A DNA stretch of 64,000 nt from Bdellovibrionota bacterium (GCA_965207455.1 CBDBMJ010000001.1:992001-1056000), one strand, 5' to 3'; counted from the first letter of the stretch, positions 1 to 11,314 are shown. Numbers and translations are program-made. Notes: generated by a model not told the origin, from the sequence alone.

Positions 1-5
1 AAAAA

Positions 6-1343
6 ATGCCGGTCGATTCCATTGCCAAGTATGCTCTCGATGCAGGGTTCTTGCAGGATGTATTAAAGTCCTTTCCTGATCCAAGAAAAAGATACGAAGT
101 TCCTATTGAGTTTCTTTTATTAGCGCAGATTATTCAACGGCTAAATGATGAACACTCGTTAGTTTCAGCGCCTTATATGTTAAATTCAGCAGAGCTAATA
201 GCTAAATTAGGATACTCAGCTAAAGTGCTGGAAGATGGGTTTAATAGAAAAAATAAGTACCCTAGAGAGGTTGCATTTCATGGAGAGACTCTAAAACACG
301 TCTTACTATCAACTAAGGCAGGGGATATAGTAGATTGGTTTAATGGTATCCTAAATAATATATTCAAAGAGCAGTCGGTTGGAAGAACTCATCACTATAT
401 TATTGATGGAACTAAGTTACATATTCCAAAACATCTTTTCGAAAGTTTTCAAGGTGCTGGAGTTTTAAAAAATGCGGAGAATAATTCTGAGTATGGATAT
501 AAGGTTGTCTGGATTCAAGAAATCATCGACCGAAAGGGAATTATTCGTGCAATGAAATTTTCCCCTATCAATGAGCATGACCTTCCCCTTGGAAGAGAAC
601 TGGTAAAGAACTTTAATTTTGAAAGAGATTCCGTTTTAATCATGGATAGAGGTTTTTTAGATAGCAAATGGATAACCTCTTTAAAGCAGGATCGTGGAAT
701 TGATGTCTGCATTCCCTTAAAAAAGAGTTTAGAGGTAAGTAAATACGCAGTTGCTGAAGCTTTGGCAGAAAATAAATGGGCACCTCACCCCACAAGACAC
801 AAACAAAGAATAAAGGAACTTAAGGAGGACGATTTGGACTGGAAATCGTTTTCTGTATTTAAAAGTGGTGTATTAGTTAATTTTACAAAGAGAAACGGTG
901 AGGAAGAAAACATTATTTTTGCAGATACTAGGAAAAATAAATCAGCAAAGGCAGTTTTAAGCACGTATGACTTGCGCACAGAAATTGAAGAATCTCACCG
1001 CCAAATGAAGTGCTTTCAGGGACTAGAGAAACTACCTTCCAAAAAATACACCCAGGTTGTCTTTAGGGTTGTAATGGGAACGATTGCTTACAACCTTTTC
1101 AATCTCTTTCTTAACTCGGAAGAGTGTGAATCACTTGATGATTTCACATTAAAAACATACAGGCAAAAGCGACCAGAGGAGAAAAACCCTGATATTATCG
1201 TGTATACAGAAACAACCTTTGCTATCATGAAAACTTTTGACTTTATGCGATTGATCCTCTCATTCAAAAAGGAGATTCAGAAAAAGTTAATAAAGATTTT
1301 CGATGACCTATCAACAGAGATACATTCCACCGCGTACGGTTAG
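6..1343 (+). mobile_element. DDE transposase, IS4-superfamily-like (DDE_Tnp_1); frame is open to the window edge, so it may be 5'-truncated
   Basis: IIDGT, MDRGF and Y-x2-R-x3-E-x6-K (YDLRTEIEESHRQMK) motifs. Confidence 0.85.
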
Positions 1344-1817
1344 ATCATTTTTAAGCTATTCCCAGAATTAATTTTAGAAAAATCCTTTTTCTCTGGATTC
1401 TATTATTCAATTTAGTAAACAGCAGTGAAATTCATAGGCTAAAGTAGCCTGAACGGGTAACTTAGAGATAAATATGGATGTAGCTTGATTCCTATACCCA
1501 TAAAAATGGAGTTTGAGCAAGGATGATGCACTTATTTCCGTTTCACAGTTTATTTTCTCATACTTGATAACGTGTATTTTTGAGAAAATTTGTAAGTAAA
1601 AAGCTTATTTTCATTATTTTAAATTTATCTTTATGTAAAGAAATCATGTTTTCAACCGAAATGATTAATATATTGAGTAACAACAATGATAGTTTTGAAT
1701 CTGTTTGGTGCGTTGGAGCGAAAGGATTTGCTTATGCCGACATATAGTATGTAATTTTTGTATTAAAAATAGTACTATATTACTATCAACCTTACTCTTA
1801 ATTTTGGAGGATAGAAA

Positions 1818-3151
1818 ATGAATCTTTTTTCAAGAAAAATATATCTAATATTAATAACTCTTATTAATATATTTTTTATATTTGAAGCAAATTCTGAGAG
1901 TATAGTATATAAAGTAAAAAATCAAACTCCATCTTATAAAATTAAAAAAGGAAGTTGTCTTTCTTGGCACAAATGCTCTTATGATGTAATGATTAATTCT
2001 AAATATTCTGAGGAAGAATTAACTATTATAGCTAATGAAATAAAGGAATTATCTCCAATAGTTAATAGAATTTTCATAGTATATTACTTTCCATGCATGA
2101 AGATTGATAGCGGTGGATTAATTCTAAATATTCTGAGGAAGAATTAACTATTATAGCTAATGAAATAAAGGAATTATCTCCAATAGTTAATAGAATTTTC
2201 ATAGTATATTACTTTCCATGCATGAAGATTGATAGCGGTGGGTGGGCTACAAGTCATTTTCTTCCAGACCTTTCTGTTGATATTAATGATTACATGCTTA
2301 AACGTTTTCCTAAATGTGCAAAATTCAGGAAAAAAAATATAAAGAAAATAGTAAAAAGTAAAAATACCAATAAAATAAATGTAAAAATGGTTGTGGAATC
2401 AGAATTTGAAAATGGAAAAATATATATAAAAGGAAAAACAAATTTACCTGATTATACTGATTTATATATAAATGTGTCAAAAAATGGTATAGAATATTTT
2501 TCAAATATCACTACTGTTCAGGTCGGCGAATTTGATGCAACAGCATATTATTATCTTAAGCCAAAAGAAAAACTGCCAATTGGAAAATATGCAATAGAAA
2601 TTGGAACTACATCAATCAAATCTATGGACGAATCAGCAGAAAAAATATTAGGAAGTAACGGTGAGAATATGATAGGAAAATTAATAACCAAACAAGCATC
2701 AGGGAATGGTAAAATGGTTAAATTCAAATCAAATTATACCGTAACCAGTTTATTTAATGGAAAAAGAATCTCACGTTTATTAAATGAAGAATTAGATATT
2801 TTTAAAAACCATTATAATAAGCTAAAAAAAATATGCTGTGGAAAATCTAGCATGGAAGCTCTAGGAATAGACTGGGCAGTAGCCGGCGTAACATGGACCA
2901 GAAAAAGACAGAAATCGAGAGGTGATTTTGATAAAAAATTTTTTAAAAGCTCAGAAAAATATACTGCTCCATGTTCAGAAGTTAGGTTGAATATATATAG
3001 CTTGGGGCATGATTTATTTACTCTTTATCAAACAATGTATGCCGTCTCTCCTAGAAAATTAAAAAATAGAAAGATTTGGGAAAAAAATATAAAAGAAAAG
3101 ATCCGTAATATTGAAATGGGATTAAAAGAGTGTCGAAAATCTAAAAAATAA
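1818..3151 (+). pseudogene. Secreted hypothetical protein split into ORFs 1818..2147 and 2222..3151 by a 125-bp tandem duplication
   Basis: N-terminal signal-like segment. 1991-2115 repeats at 2116-2240; removing one copy gives a single 402-aa frame. Confidence 0.7.
1991..2240 (+). repeat. 125-bp perfect tandem duplication
   Basis: gattaattctaaatattctgagg...gatagcggtg occurs twice back to back. Confidence 0.95.
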
Positions 3152-3463
3152 TCTATAAATTAAAATTATGTGTATCTAGAATTTTCTAGAAAATTTTCTA
3201 AATGATTTAACAAGCTCATAAGTCAAAAATGAATTTACTATTAAGTGAAAAAAATTCAAGAAGCCAAACTCCTCTGCTGATGATTTAATGGGTATCATCA
3301 ATTGAGCGAATGAATTGAAGCAATTCCCTATAGAATCGCAGCTTTTAAAGCAATCTGTATAAAGAAAAAAGATTATTATATTGAAAATTAATTGCAATAT
3401 AAGTACTCTAAATGGAGCTGTGCCAAAACAACTAAAAAATGCCTCAATAGATAAGATTATTTT

Positions 3464-5076
3464 GAGCCTGTAAGTTATTTTGTGTAACTGCGGTTTTAGC
3501 ACCAAATCAACTCTCATCGTCAATGAAAAGTTAATTCAACTGCCGCTTCTATTTTTTTCCAGCAGCATTAACTGCTAGAAAATTATTTATATCAAATCCA
3601 TCTCTCCGTGTCAATCATGAAATTAAAAAAAATGTAAAATCTTAACGGGTAATAGCTTTCACTAAGTGAGTTTTAAGCAAAAACCATACAACCCCCTGGA
3701 ACCCAAGGGGTAGTTTTTAGATAGCGAAGACTAGCTAAATAATTTATATTTTACTTCAAGCGAAAGGTTACTCTCTTTTGCCTCAGAGATCGAACCTGCC
3801 TTCATATTCAATTGCAAATCGGTTCATTGCTAAAGGCCAATTATGCAATGGCATTGTCCATTTACGAGATGCCTGTTGTGTTGCTAAATAAATTAACTTT
3901 AAAGCAGACCCATCGTTTGGAAATATTTTTCTATTCCTAATGCTCTTACGGATAACACTGTTTAAAGACTCTATCGCATTCGTTGTATAGATAACTTTTC
4001 TGATCTCATAGGGATAATCAAAAATAGAAATTAAATTTTCCCAATTATTCCTCCAAGAACGCTCTATCTGAGGATATTTATCCGACCATTTTTTCCCAAA
4101 TGCATCTAGCGCTGTCTGGGCAGCTTCCAGTGTTGGAGCACCGTAAATTGCTTTTAGATCCTTAGCTACTGCCTTCTTATCTTTTGAGGGCACATATCGA
4201 AAAGAATTACGCATCATATGGACGATACATAACTGTATCTTAGCCTTAGGAAATGCCGTTGTAATTGCTTCCGGAAAACCAGTTAGACCGTCTACACAAA
4301 CAATAAAAATATCCTTAACTCCTCGGTTCTGCAAATCTGTTAAAACACTTAACCAAAATTTAGCTCCTTCTTCACCTGCAATCCAAAGACCAAGGAGTTC
4401 CTTGTGTCCCGACTGTGTAACTCCCAATGCAAGATAGACCGATTTATTTCTTACACGACCACTCTCATGAACTTTCACGACTATACAATCAAGGTATAGT
4501 ATGGGGTATACCTTATCTAGGGAGCGACTCTGCCATTCCTTAACGGTATCTATAACTGCATCTGTGACATTAGAGATAACCGTATGGGATATTTCTGCCC
4601 CACCATAGAGTTCCTTAATTGTTTCCTGAACATCTCGTGTGGTCATACCTCGGCTATACAGAGCCAGTATAGTGTCCTCAAAGCCCTCTAAGCGAGTTTT
4701 CCCTTTTGGGATAACTTTAGGCTCAAATGAGGCGTCTCTGTCTCTAGGAGTGCTCAAATCAAGCTCACCCTTATCACATTTTATCGTTTTTGAGCTGTAA
4801 CCATTGCGAGTATTCTTTCTTCGATTACCCAATTTATCATTTCTCTCATAGCCCAGGTGATCATCTAACTCTGCATTGAGCGCAGATTCAAAAATCGTCT
4901 TTGTTAGCTGACCCATGATCCCTGAAATATCTTTTTGTGTTTTTACACCCCTGGCAAGTTCTTTGCCTATCGCATCAATATCCATAACTACTTTCTCCTT
5001 CTGATGATTCATCATACCATTTGATGATTCCACCATATTATAAGTTAAGCAGTTACACAATTTACTTTACAGGCTC
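3464..5076 (-). mobile_element. IS256-family insertion sequence
   Basis: 28-bp terminal inverted repeats (3464-3491 gagcctgtaagttattttgtgtaactgc; 5049-5076 reverse complement gagcctgtaaagtaaattgtgtaactgc, 24/28 match) around a mutator-type transposase. Confidence 0.9.
3783..4985 (-). CDS. IS256-family transposase
   Basis: RNGY, PRDR, LYLDC, CVDGL, QLCIVH and YTTNAIES motifs; start re-assigned to ATG 4985 after an AAGGAG RBS. Confidence 0.95.
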   Translation of the reverse strand: MDIDAIGKELARGVKTQKDISGIMGQLTKTIFESALNAELDDHLGYERNDKLGNRRKNTRNGYSSKTIKCDKGELDLSTPRDRDASFEPKVIPKGKTRLEGFEDTILALYSRGMTTRDVQETIKELYGGAEISHTVISNVTDAVIDTVKEWQSRSLDKVYPILYLDCIVVKVHESGRVRNKSVYLALGVTQSGHKELLGLWIAGEEGAKFWLSVLTDLQNRGVKDIFIVCVDGLTGFPEAITTAFPKAKIQLCIVHMMRNSFRYVPSKDKKAVAKDLKAIYGAPTLEAAQTALDAFGKKWSDKYPQIERSWRNNWENLISIFDYPYEIRKVIYTTNAIESLNSVIRKSIRNRKIFPNDGSALKLIYLATQQASRKWTMPLHNWPLAMNRFAIEYEGRFDL

Positions 5077-5977
5077 CCGCTGTACGAAACTCTTCGTAAG
5101 GATGAATACCTTTTGCGTTTGGCGCATCTTTTACTATAATTTTTAACGTTCCAGATTTTAATTTTTTTTGAGTTCCGGAAAGATTAAATGTTCTTACTGT
5201 TGGTTTCATACTCCAACTTGCTGTAGTTTTTATTGGAAAGAGGATACGTAACCCCTTGAGAGAGAACTCTCGATTAAGATAGCACTCTAGTAATCCTCCT
5301 ATTTTTAATGGACTATCTTTATATAACTGTAAATAAAAATAAGGGAGTCCATTTTGATTAGTAACACCTTTAATTCGTGTTGAAATGCTCGTATTGCGAC
5401 AAACCGGTTTAAATTCTTTTTCAGAGAGACGCTTACACTGCTCTAGAGTATAAAAACTCAAAACACCTGCACTCATTGGTTGAAAATATTTTATTTTTGG
5501 AGGCATATCCTTCTCAGGAACAATTTTTAACCAACAAGACTGTGCAACATTACCAATCTGATCATAAATAAATTTTTGGAATGGAATGGAACTCTTTTTG
5601 GGTCTTTTTAATACAGTAAATTTTTTAAGAAGTTTTTGGGCTGTGGCTATCCCCAAGCTAGCAAAAAGTTTACAGTATTTTGCAGTATATACAGGAAAAG
5701 GACGAAAGCCCTTTTTGTGTTGAGCAGCTTTTAGTTTTGGAGGCATCTTTTCCTTCGAGGCAAGTTGTAACCAGCAAGATAGTGCGATACGGCTCATATC
5801 ATCATAAAGAAGACTTTTATCATAACCTGATCTTGTTGAAGATTTGTCTTTTTGTTTTTTTAATGAAGTGAATCTTTTAGCAATCTTTTTGGCTATACTT
5901 AAATTTGTTTCCTCACCATACGCCAAATTTGAAAACAAACAAATAATTAAGAAATACTTAATTGCATACTTTCCCAT
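5045..5977 (-). CDS. Secreted hypothetical protein with two internal ~80-aa repeats; C-terminus runs into the IS256 end
   Basis: Signal peptide; repeated KxFTxLK...YD....A.SCWL.....MPPK.K...YT...CK; the last codons are IS inverted-repeat sequence. Confidence 0.65.
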   Translation of the reverse strand: MGKYAIKYFLIICLFSNLAYGEETNLSIAKKIAKRFTSLKKQKDKSSTRSGYDKSLLYDDMSRIALSCWLQLASKEKMPPKLKAAQHKKGFRPFPVYTAKYCKLFASLGIATAQKLLKKFTVLKRPKKSSIPFQKFIYDQIGNVAQSCWLKIVPEKDMPPKIKYFQPMSAGVLSFYTLEQCKRLSEKEFKPVCRNTSISTRIKGVTNQNGLPYFYLQLYKDSPLKIGGLLECYLNREFSLKGLRILFPIKTTASWSMKPTVRTFNLSGTQKKLKSGTLKIIVKDAPNAKGIHPYEEFRTAGACKVNCVTA

Positions 5978-5989
5978 AAATTCCTAACC

Positions 5990-6298
5990 TCAAGAATCAT
6001 CTCTGATAACAACTGTTCTAGACAAGTAGTCCCATGCCTCTTTATTTTTCTTATTAAAGAATATCCACAAAGATCCAAGCACTATCACAGAAAATGGTTT
6101 TCCAATACACTCTCGTAAAAATACTGTCCAAAATGATAACTCTCCTCCTTGTTCAGAAATCACTTTCATTCTAAACATTTTTTTACCCAGAGTGGCTCCC
6201 AAAAAAATAAAACTAATTATAGTTAAAATAAAGGCATCAATAAAAAATGCTAAGAATCTATAGCTCCAATGAGCTGTTTGTTCCTCGTTAAACGCCAT
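5990..6298 (-). CDS. RDD family membrane protein (short)
   Basis: RFLAFFID...GATLGK...WDYLSRTVVI pattern. Confidence 0.75.
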   Translation of the reverse strand: MAFNEEQTAHWSYRFLAFFIDAFILTIISFIFLGATLGKKMFRMKVISEQGGELSFWTVFLRECIGKPFSVIVLGSLWIFFNKKNKEAWDYLSRTVVIRDDS

Positions 6299-6418
6299 TT
6301 ATTATTTCCCCCTCAATTCTCTTAAAAACCTACGCTGCCTTTACAGTATAAACAACCCAGTATATCAAAGCACTACCTTTGTTATTGTAATGGTAAATGT
6401 ACCCGGGTGAAATGGAGA

Positions 6419-6622
6419 CTATAGCTTTTTTTCTTGGTTATTTACGTTATTGTCGGGCAGGGTGCCTGGCTTCTCTGGCGTGTCGTCCTTGCCCTCAATA
6501 CCCCTCTTAAAGGAACGCAAACCACGTCCCAAAGCACTACCTAACTCTGGTAAACGCTTGCCACCAAAAAGCAATACAATTACCAATAAAACAATTAAAT
6601 GACCTAAACTTAAACCCATCAT
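6419..6622 (-). CDS. tatA: Twin-arginine translocase subunit TatA/E
   Basis: TM helix followed by LLFGGKRLPELGSALGRGLRSFK. Confidence 0.92.
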   Translation of the reverse strand: MMGLSLGHLIVLLVIVLLFGGKRLPELGSALGRGLRSFKRGIEGKDDTPEKPGTLPDNNVNNQEKKL

Positions 6623-6806
6623 CGTGAAAGCCTCCTAAGACAAACCTTATTTCTTATATATACCAAATAATTATTCGCGTCAACCTCAAATAAGAGCAAT
6701 CGCGGCGCATCATCTTCTTGTATTTCAACAATAATACCCATATAGTCAATATGCACTTGCAACTGGACAAAATCCCCGTACACTACTTTCCAAGGAGATA
6801 CATACG

Positions 6807-7496
6807 ATGGCAACAGCAGTTTTACATGTAAAAAATAGGGATGTAAATGGTCTCAATGGACGAAAGCTACGAAAGACTGGAATAATTCCTGCTGTCTTTT
6901 ACGGTCCAGGAATGAGCAATAATCATTTCATCATGCAAAAAAGAGAAATAGATGCAATCTTAAGAACAGAAGCCCATATTATACAACTCGTTATTGACGG
7001 AAATAAAAGAGCCCTAGCCCTCGTACAAGAGGTGCAAAGAAACCCGCTCACCAGACAAGTTATCCATGTTTCTTTCCTAAAAGTAAAAAAAGGAGAAAGC
7101 ACATTTGTTACTATCCCCATACACCTAGACGGAGAATCCATAGGAGTAAAACAGGACAAAGGTGATCTTAACCAAGTTATGCGAGAGGTGGAGGTGGAGT
7201 GCCTGCCAGAAAATGTGCCCGACAGCCTCCATGCAGATATCTCACATTTAAGAATGGACGACTCCCTTCTTTTAAGAGATATTCCCCTACCCGAGAGCAT
7301 AAAAATAGCAGAAAAGGACATGGAGCTAACAGTAGCCTCTATTCGTCACCATAAGGTAGTGGTAGAGGTAGCATCAGTAAGTGAGGAAGAAGGAACAGAA
7401 GCAGTAGCTGCTGGCGAAGAAAAAGATGGCAAGGAAACTGCAAAAGCTGAGGAAGCACCTGCTGCTGAGGCCAAGGCTACGGAAAAGAAGAAATAG
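6807..7496 (+). CDS. rplY: 50S ribosomal protein L25 / general stress protein Ctc
   Basis: RKLRKTGIIPAVFYG, VQRNP...IHVSF, C-terminal CTC domain and acidic tail. Confidence 0.93.
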   Translation: MATAVLHVKNRDVNGLNGRKLRKTGIIPAVFYGPGMSNNHFIMQKREIDAILRTEAHIIQLVIDGNKRALALVQEVQRNPLTRQVIHVSFLKVKKGESTFVTIPIHLDGESIGVKQDKGDLNQVMREVEVECLPENVPDSLHADISHLRMDDSLLLRDIPLPESIKIAEKDMELTVASIRHHKVVVEVASVSEEEGTEAVAAGEEKDGKETAKAEEAPAAEAKATEKKK

Positions 7497-7511
7497 ACTT
7501 TCGACTACCGA

Positions 7512-8003
7512 CTACTGTTGGAATTTTTGTATAAATTCGTAGGTTTCTTCCACAGTTGTGGTAGGACTCACGCTACGCCAAACCTGTTGAATTTTCCCCT
7601 CAGGATTAATGGCAAAAGAATCCCTGGATAAACCCTGAAAAGTCTTTCCCTGCCACTGCTGATCCCCATACACACCCAAGGCCTTGCTCAATTCCTTTTG
7701 TGTGTCTGCAATCAATGGAAACTGTAAGGAGAATTTCTCTTGGAACTCCTGGTGGGAAGAAATACTATCTAAACTAACCCCATAGATATTAATCCCTAGT
7801 GCTTGAAATCTTTGAAGATTTTCCTGGTATGTGCAAGCCTGTTTCGTGCAACCAGGAGTATCATCCTTAGGGTAAAAATACAGAACGCTCCACTTGCCTA
7901 AAAAGTCCTTAGGCAGGGAAAGGGTGCCTCCTGGAATGAGTTCTAACTCCAATGCGGGTAAATCTTTTCCTTCCATTTTGTCCATCTCTTCCGATACTAT
8001 CAC
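7512..8003 (-). CDS. bcp: Peroxiredoxin (Bcp/PrxQ); true start may be 7985 or 7976
   Basis: VLYFYPKDDTPGCTKQAC motif. Confidence 0.9.
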   Translation of the reverse strand: MIVSEEMDKMEGKDLPALELELIPGGTLSLPKDFLGKWSVLYFYPKDDTPGCTKQACTYQENLQRFQALGINIYGVSLDSISSHQEFQEKFSLQFPLIADTQKELSKALGVYGDQQWQGKTFQGLSRDSFAINPEGKIQQVWRSVSPTTTVEETYEFIQKFQQ

Positions 8004-8020
8004 TAATATTGGGAGGAGTG

Positions 8021-9010
8021 TTGGATTTTTCAGCCTATCGTATTCATAAACAAGAAAAAAAAGTTTTTGGTCGGATAGAAACCATAAACGAAAAAGACTT
8101 GGGACCAGGGGACGTGCTCATTCGTAGTGAGTTATCTAGTGTTAATTATAAAGATGCCTTGGGTGCAACAGGCACGGGGAGAATTGTCCGTCACTTTCCT
8201 CTTATTGGAGGAATTGATGTGGTGGGTACGGTGGAGGATTCCACTAACCCTCAATTTCAACCGGGGGATACAGTAATTGTCACTGGCTGCGGATTGGGCG
8301 AAGACCGAAATGGCGGGTATTCAGAATACGTTCGCCTACCAGCAGAAATCCTTATTCCCCTACCCAAAGGACTCACCTCTAAAGAATCCATGATACTGGG
8401 AACAGCAGGTTTTACTGCCGCTATTTGCTTATACCGAATGGAACAAAACGGACAAAAACCAGAACAAGGTCCTGTGCTTGTTACGGGAGCCAGTGGCGGC
8501 GTGGGAATGGTGGCAACAAATCTACTCGCAAACCAAGGGTACCATGTAATTGCAGTAACGGGCAAAGCCAGCGCGAAGGAAAGGCTGCAAAAACTTGGAG
8601 CCAAAGAAGTTTGCTCACTCGAAGAACTCCAACTAGGAAGCCGTCCTTTAGAAAAAGCACGATGGGCAGGAGCTATTGATAACCTGGGAGGGGAAGTAAT
8701 TGCGGGTATCGCTCGTCATATTAATTTCCTAGGAAACATTGCGACAGTAGGTATGGCCGCTGGCACAGAATTCCACTCCAGTGTAATGCCCTATATTTTA
8801 CGTGGAGTGAGTATACTGGGCATTAGCTCCAATAATTGCCCACTACCCCTTAGAAAAGAACTATGGCAACGCCTATCCTCAGAATGGAAACCCACAGAAC
8901 TTCCCAGCCTACTGGAAAAAACAGTGACCCTATCCCAACTCGATACCGTTTTTCAAAACATGCTGGCCAGAAAAACCCAGGGACGAACAATTGTGGAATG
9001 TAAAAAGTAA
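8021..9010 (+). CDS. YhdH/AcuI-family NADPH quinone / acryloyl-CoA reductase (MDR superfamily)
   Basis: SSVNYKDAL, GTAGFTAA, VTGASGGVG, PYILRGV; TTG start after GGAGG. Confidence 0.88.
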   Translation: MDFSAYRIHKQEKKVFGRIETINEKDLGPGDVLIRSELSSVNYKDALGATGTGRIVRHFPLIGGIDVVGTVEDSTNPQFQPGDTVIVTGCGLGEDRNGGYSEYVRLPAEILIPLPKGLTSKESMILGTAGFTAAICLYRMEQNGQKPEQGPVLVTGASGGVGMVATNLLANQGYHVIAVTGKASAKERLQKLGAKEVCSLEELQLGSRPLEKARWAGAIDNLGGEVIAGIARHINFLGNIATVGMAAGTEFHSSVMPYILRGVSILGISSNNCPLPLRKELWQRLSSEWKPTELPSLLEKTVTLSQLDTVFQNMLARKTQGRTIVECKK

Positions 9011-9013
9011 TCC

Positions 9014-9646
9014 CTATTTAGATGCTGTAAAAACAATAATACCGTCGATGGGATATTCCACCTTCCAACCCCTCCAGTGCCCAATCCAATCAAATGTTTT
9101 TTTCCCATAAAAACAAACATGGGTGGGATCTCTTCTGTACCACCAATCCTTAAAATTCTGTCCGTCGCTCAACAACTGAGTGCTAATGCCCAAAACGGCT
9201 CCGGGTTTTAAAAGACTCGTCAACTGTAGAAATATTTTTCTAGGTGAATGTACGTGCTCCACCACTTCGGTACAAGTAATAAAATCGTATGCTCGCTCCA
9301 ACTTGCTTGCCTGATTACAATAAAAAATATCGTAATTTTCTTGAGAAAAACCATAGCTTTGAAAAATAGTGTCCATTGTGGGCCCCGGTCCTGAGCCAAA
9401 ATCCAAACCCATCGCCCCTGGAGATAACTTTTTTGCCACAGGTGCGGCCACTCGCTCTAAAAAACGAACATACCCCAAATGCTCAGGACCATTTTCATGG
9501 TGATCGTAAATAGCCTTTTCCTCTTCGGGGGATAAAAAAAACTCACTGTCCATAAATACAAGACCGCACAACCCACAATCGTAGTATTTTTTTTCCCAGC
9601 AATAACGCAAATGCGTATTTTTATTTTCACATAGTGGGCAAATCAT
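9014..9646 (-). CDS. Class I SAM-dependent methyltransferase with N-terminal Zn ribbon
   Basis: CPLC...CGLC; LDFGSGPGP; CTEVVEH; WWYRRDPTH. Confidence 0.85.
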   Translation of the reverse strand: MICPLCENKNTHLRYCWEKKYYDCGLCGLVFMDSEFFLSPEEEKAIYDHHENGPEHLGYVRFLERVAAPVAKKLSPGAMGLDFGSGPGPTMDTIFQSYGFSQENYDIFYCNQASKLERAYDFITCTEVVEHVHSPRKIFLQLTSLLKPGAVLGISTQLLSDGQNFKDWWYRRDPTHVCFYGKKTFDWIGHWRGWKVEYPIDGIIVFTASK

Positions 9647-9776
9647 TTCTTCCTTTCCAGTACCTTTTTTTTAAATGATCGACAAGGTGAGAGGCTCAAT
9701 TGCTAGCAAATTGCTGCATATGATAGAGAGCCTGCGGCTTGATTTCTTACATTTTTCCATGCTATCTGTTCTATAG

Positions 9777-10442
9777 ATGAGTCGTTTTATTCTTGGTTTA
9801 TTCCTTCTCCTAATCATTATTGGACTTCGGGTCTTATGGCCTTCCCCTATGAATACACCTAAAGCACTCACGAGCCAACAAACTAAGCAACCACAGCTCA
9901 ACCGAACTCCTGCCCAAAAAGTGCGCCCTAAACCACGAAAAAAGATAATAGAAATCATCACGCAAAACACAACGAAAGTGGGGCAAGTTAACTCTGACCC
10001 TCAACAGGAAGAGGAACGCTTACAGAATATTGCCCAAAACCTGTCCGCAGAAAATCTTGCCTTCCTAAAAGAAATTTCTTTAAACCAAAAAGAAAATCCT
10101 GATGCGAGATTTCTTGCCGTCTACCTCCTCTCCAAAAGCCATAAAGATGGAGCCCTCTCCCACCTTGCTAGTATCGCTAGAGAACCTCTAATAAAAGATG
10201 AAAAGAGACAACGACACTTCGATTTTGAACGAACACTCCGGGCTCAAGCTATTGAAGGTTTTGCTTCCATCCCCAATAAAAGAAAAACAAAACAAGAATT
10301 ACTCATAACCATAAACAAACTTAACAATAAATTCCTAATCGATAGGGCACAGCGAACACTCCATCAACTCAATGGAGGAAAAAGTCCGAAAGAACAGGAC
10401 AAGGTAGCCCTAAAAAATCTCCTGAGAAACATCTCTAAGTAA
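9777..10442 (+). CDS. Membrane-anchored hypothetical protein with HEAT-like helical repeats
   Basis: N-terminal TM; RFLAVYLL and LRAQAIEG helical motifs. Confidence 0.55.
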   Translation: MSRFILGLFLLLIIIGLRVLWPSPMNTPKALTSQQTKQPQLNRTPAQKVRPKPRKKIIEIITQNTTKVGQVNSDPQQEEERLQNIAQNLSAENLAFLKEISLNQKENPDARFLAVYLLSKSHKDGALSHLASIAREPLIKDEKRQRHFDFERTLRAQAIEGFASIPNKRKTKQELLITINKLNNKFLIDRAQRTLHQLNGGKSPKEQDKVALKNLLRNISK

Positions 10443-11203
10443 TGCAAACGAAAGCAGTACATTTATCCCTCTTATTTTCCATGTTACTTCCCATGCTACT
10501 GTCCGCATGTGCAAGTACGAAATTTAAAGTACTAACAAAAAAGGAAATCTCTCGTGAACTAAGAGCAGTGAATACCTCCACACAAAAACGAAAAGAATCT
10601 TCGGGCACGATCTTCGTCAACTGGAAAAATTCTAAAAAAAACATCACTGCCACAGGCATACTCCTGCTACGCTGGCCGGACAAACTCCAACTGGAACTAC
10701 AAAATCCCCTCGGACAAACACTGGCATACCTTGTGCTCAATGGAGATAAATTCTGGTGGTATCAAAATAAAAAAGTGCAAACAGGAAATATTACTTCCCC
10801 AGAAAGACAACTTCCCATTCCACTATCCTCCAGAACACTCCTGCAAGCGCTTTTGGCCAGACCCGGTATTAATAAATCCTATATCTGGAAGGGGATTAAA
10901 AATTCTAACGAAGTAATGCTATACCCCGGCACAACGAATCAGGAACGCCTGAGATGGAACTCCGCTTTAAAAGAACCCACCCAATGGCGAAAAAAACTAA
11001 CGTCGACTAGTCGCCTTATAACTCACTATAGCAACTACCAAGTGCACTCCGGTATTCGTTTTCCCATGCATATAAAACTCCAAATACTTCAGAAAAAAAG
11101 AAAAGTATTGACGATAAATTGGTATTGGGAAGAAATTTCTAATTTCATCTCCCCTAAATCAAAGCCGTTTACAATCCCTCCCCGTTGGGCAAAACACCTT
11201 TAA
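10442..11203 (+). CDS. Lipoprotein, LolA/LolB-like fold (DUF4292-like)
   Basis: Lipobox LLSAC; LQLELQNPLGQ pattern; translationally coupled to the upstream gene. Confidence 0.55.
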   Translation: MQTKAVHLSLLFSMLLPMLLSACASTKFKVLTKKEISRELRAVNTSTQKRKESSGTIFVNWKNSKKNITATGILLLRWPDKLQLELQNPLGQTLAYLVLNGDKFWWYQNKKVQTGNITSPERQLPIPLSSRTLLQALLARPGINKSYIWKGIKNSNEVMLYPGTTNQERLRWNSALKEPTQWRKKLTSTSRLITHYSNYQVHSGIRFPMHIKLQILQKKRKVLTINWYWEEISNFISPKSKPFTIPPRWAKHL

Positions 11204-11314
11204 AACGCATAGCAAGCCACTATATTATACTTTTTTGACAATAAGAGGACGCATCAATCGCCTCTTTATGTTAAGAAGGGGAGGAATAAAAACCTAAATA
11301 TAAGGAGAAAAAAA

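Noticed and set aside
3176..3523. 115-aa ORF
   Set aside because: Starts inside the IS256 end and has no recognisable features; probably spurious
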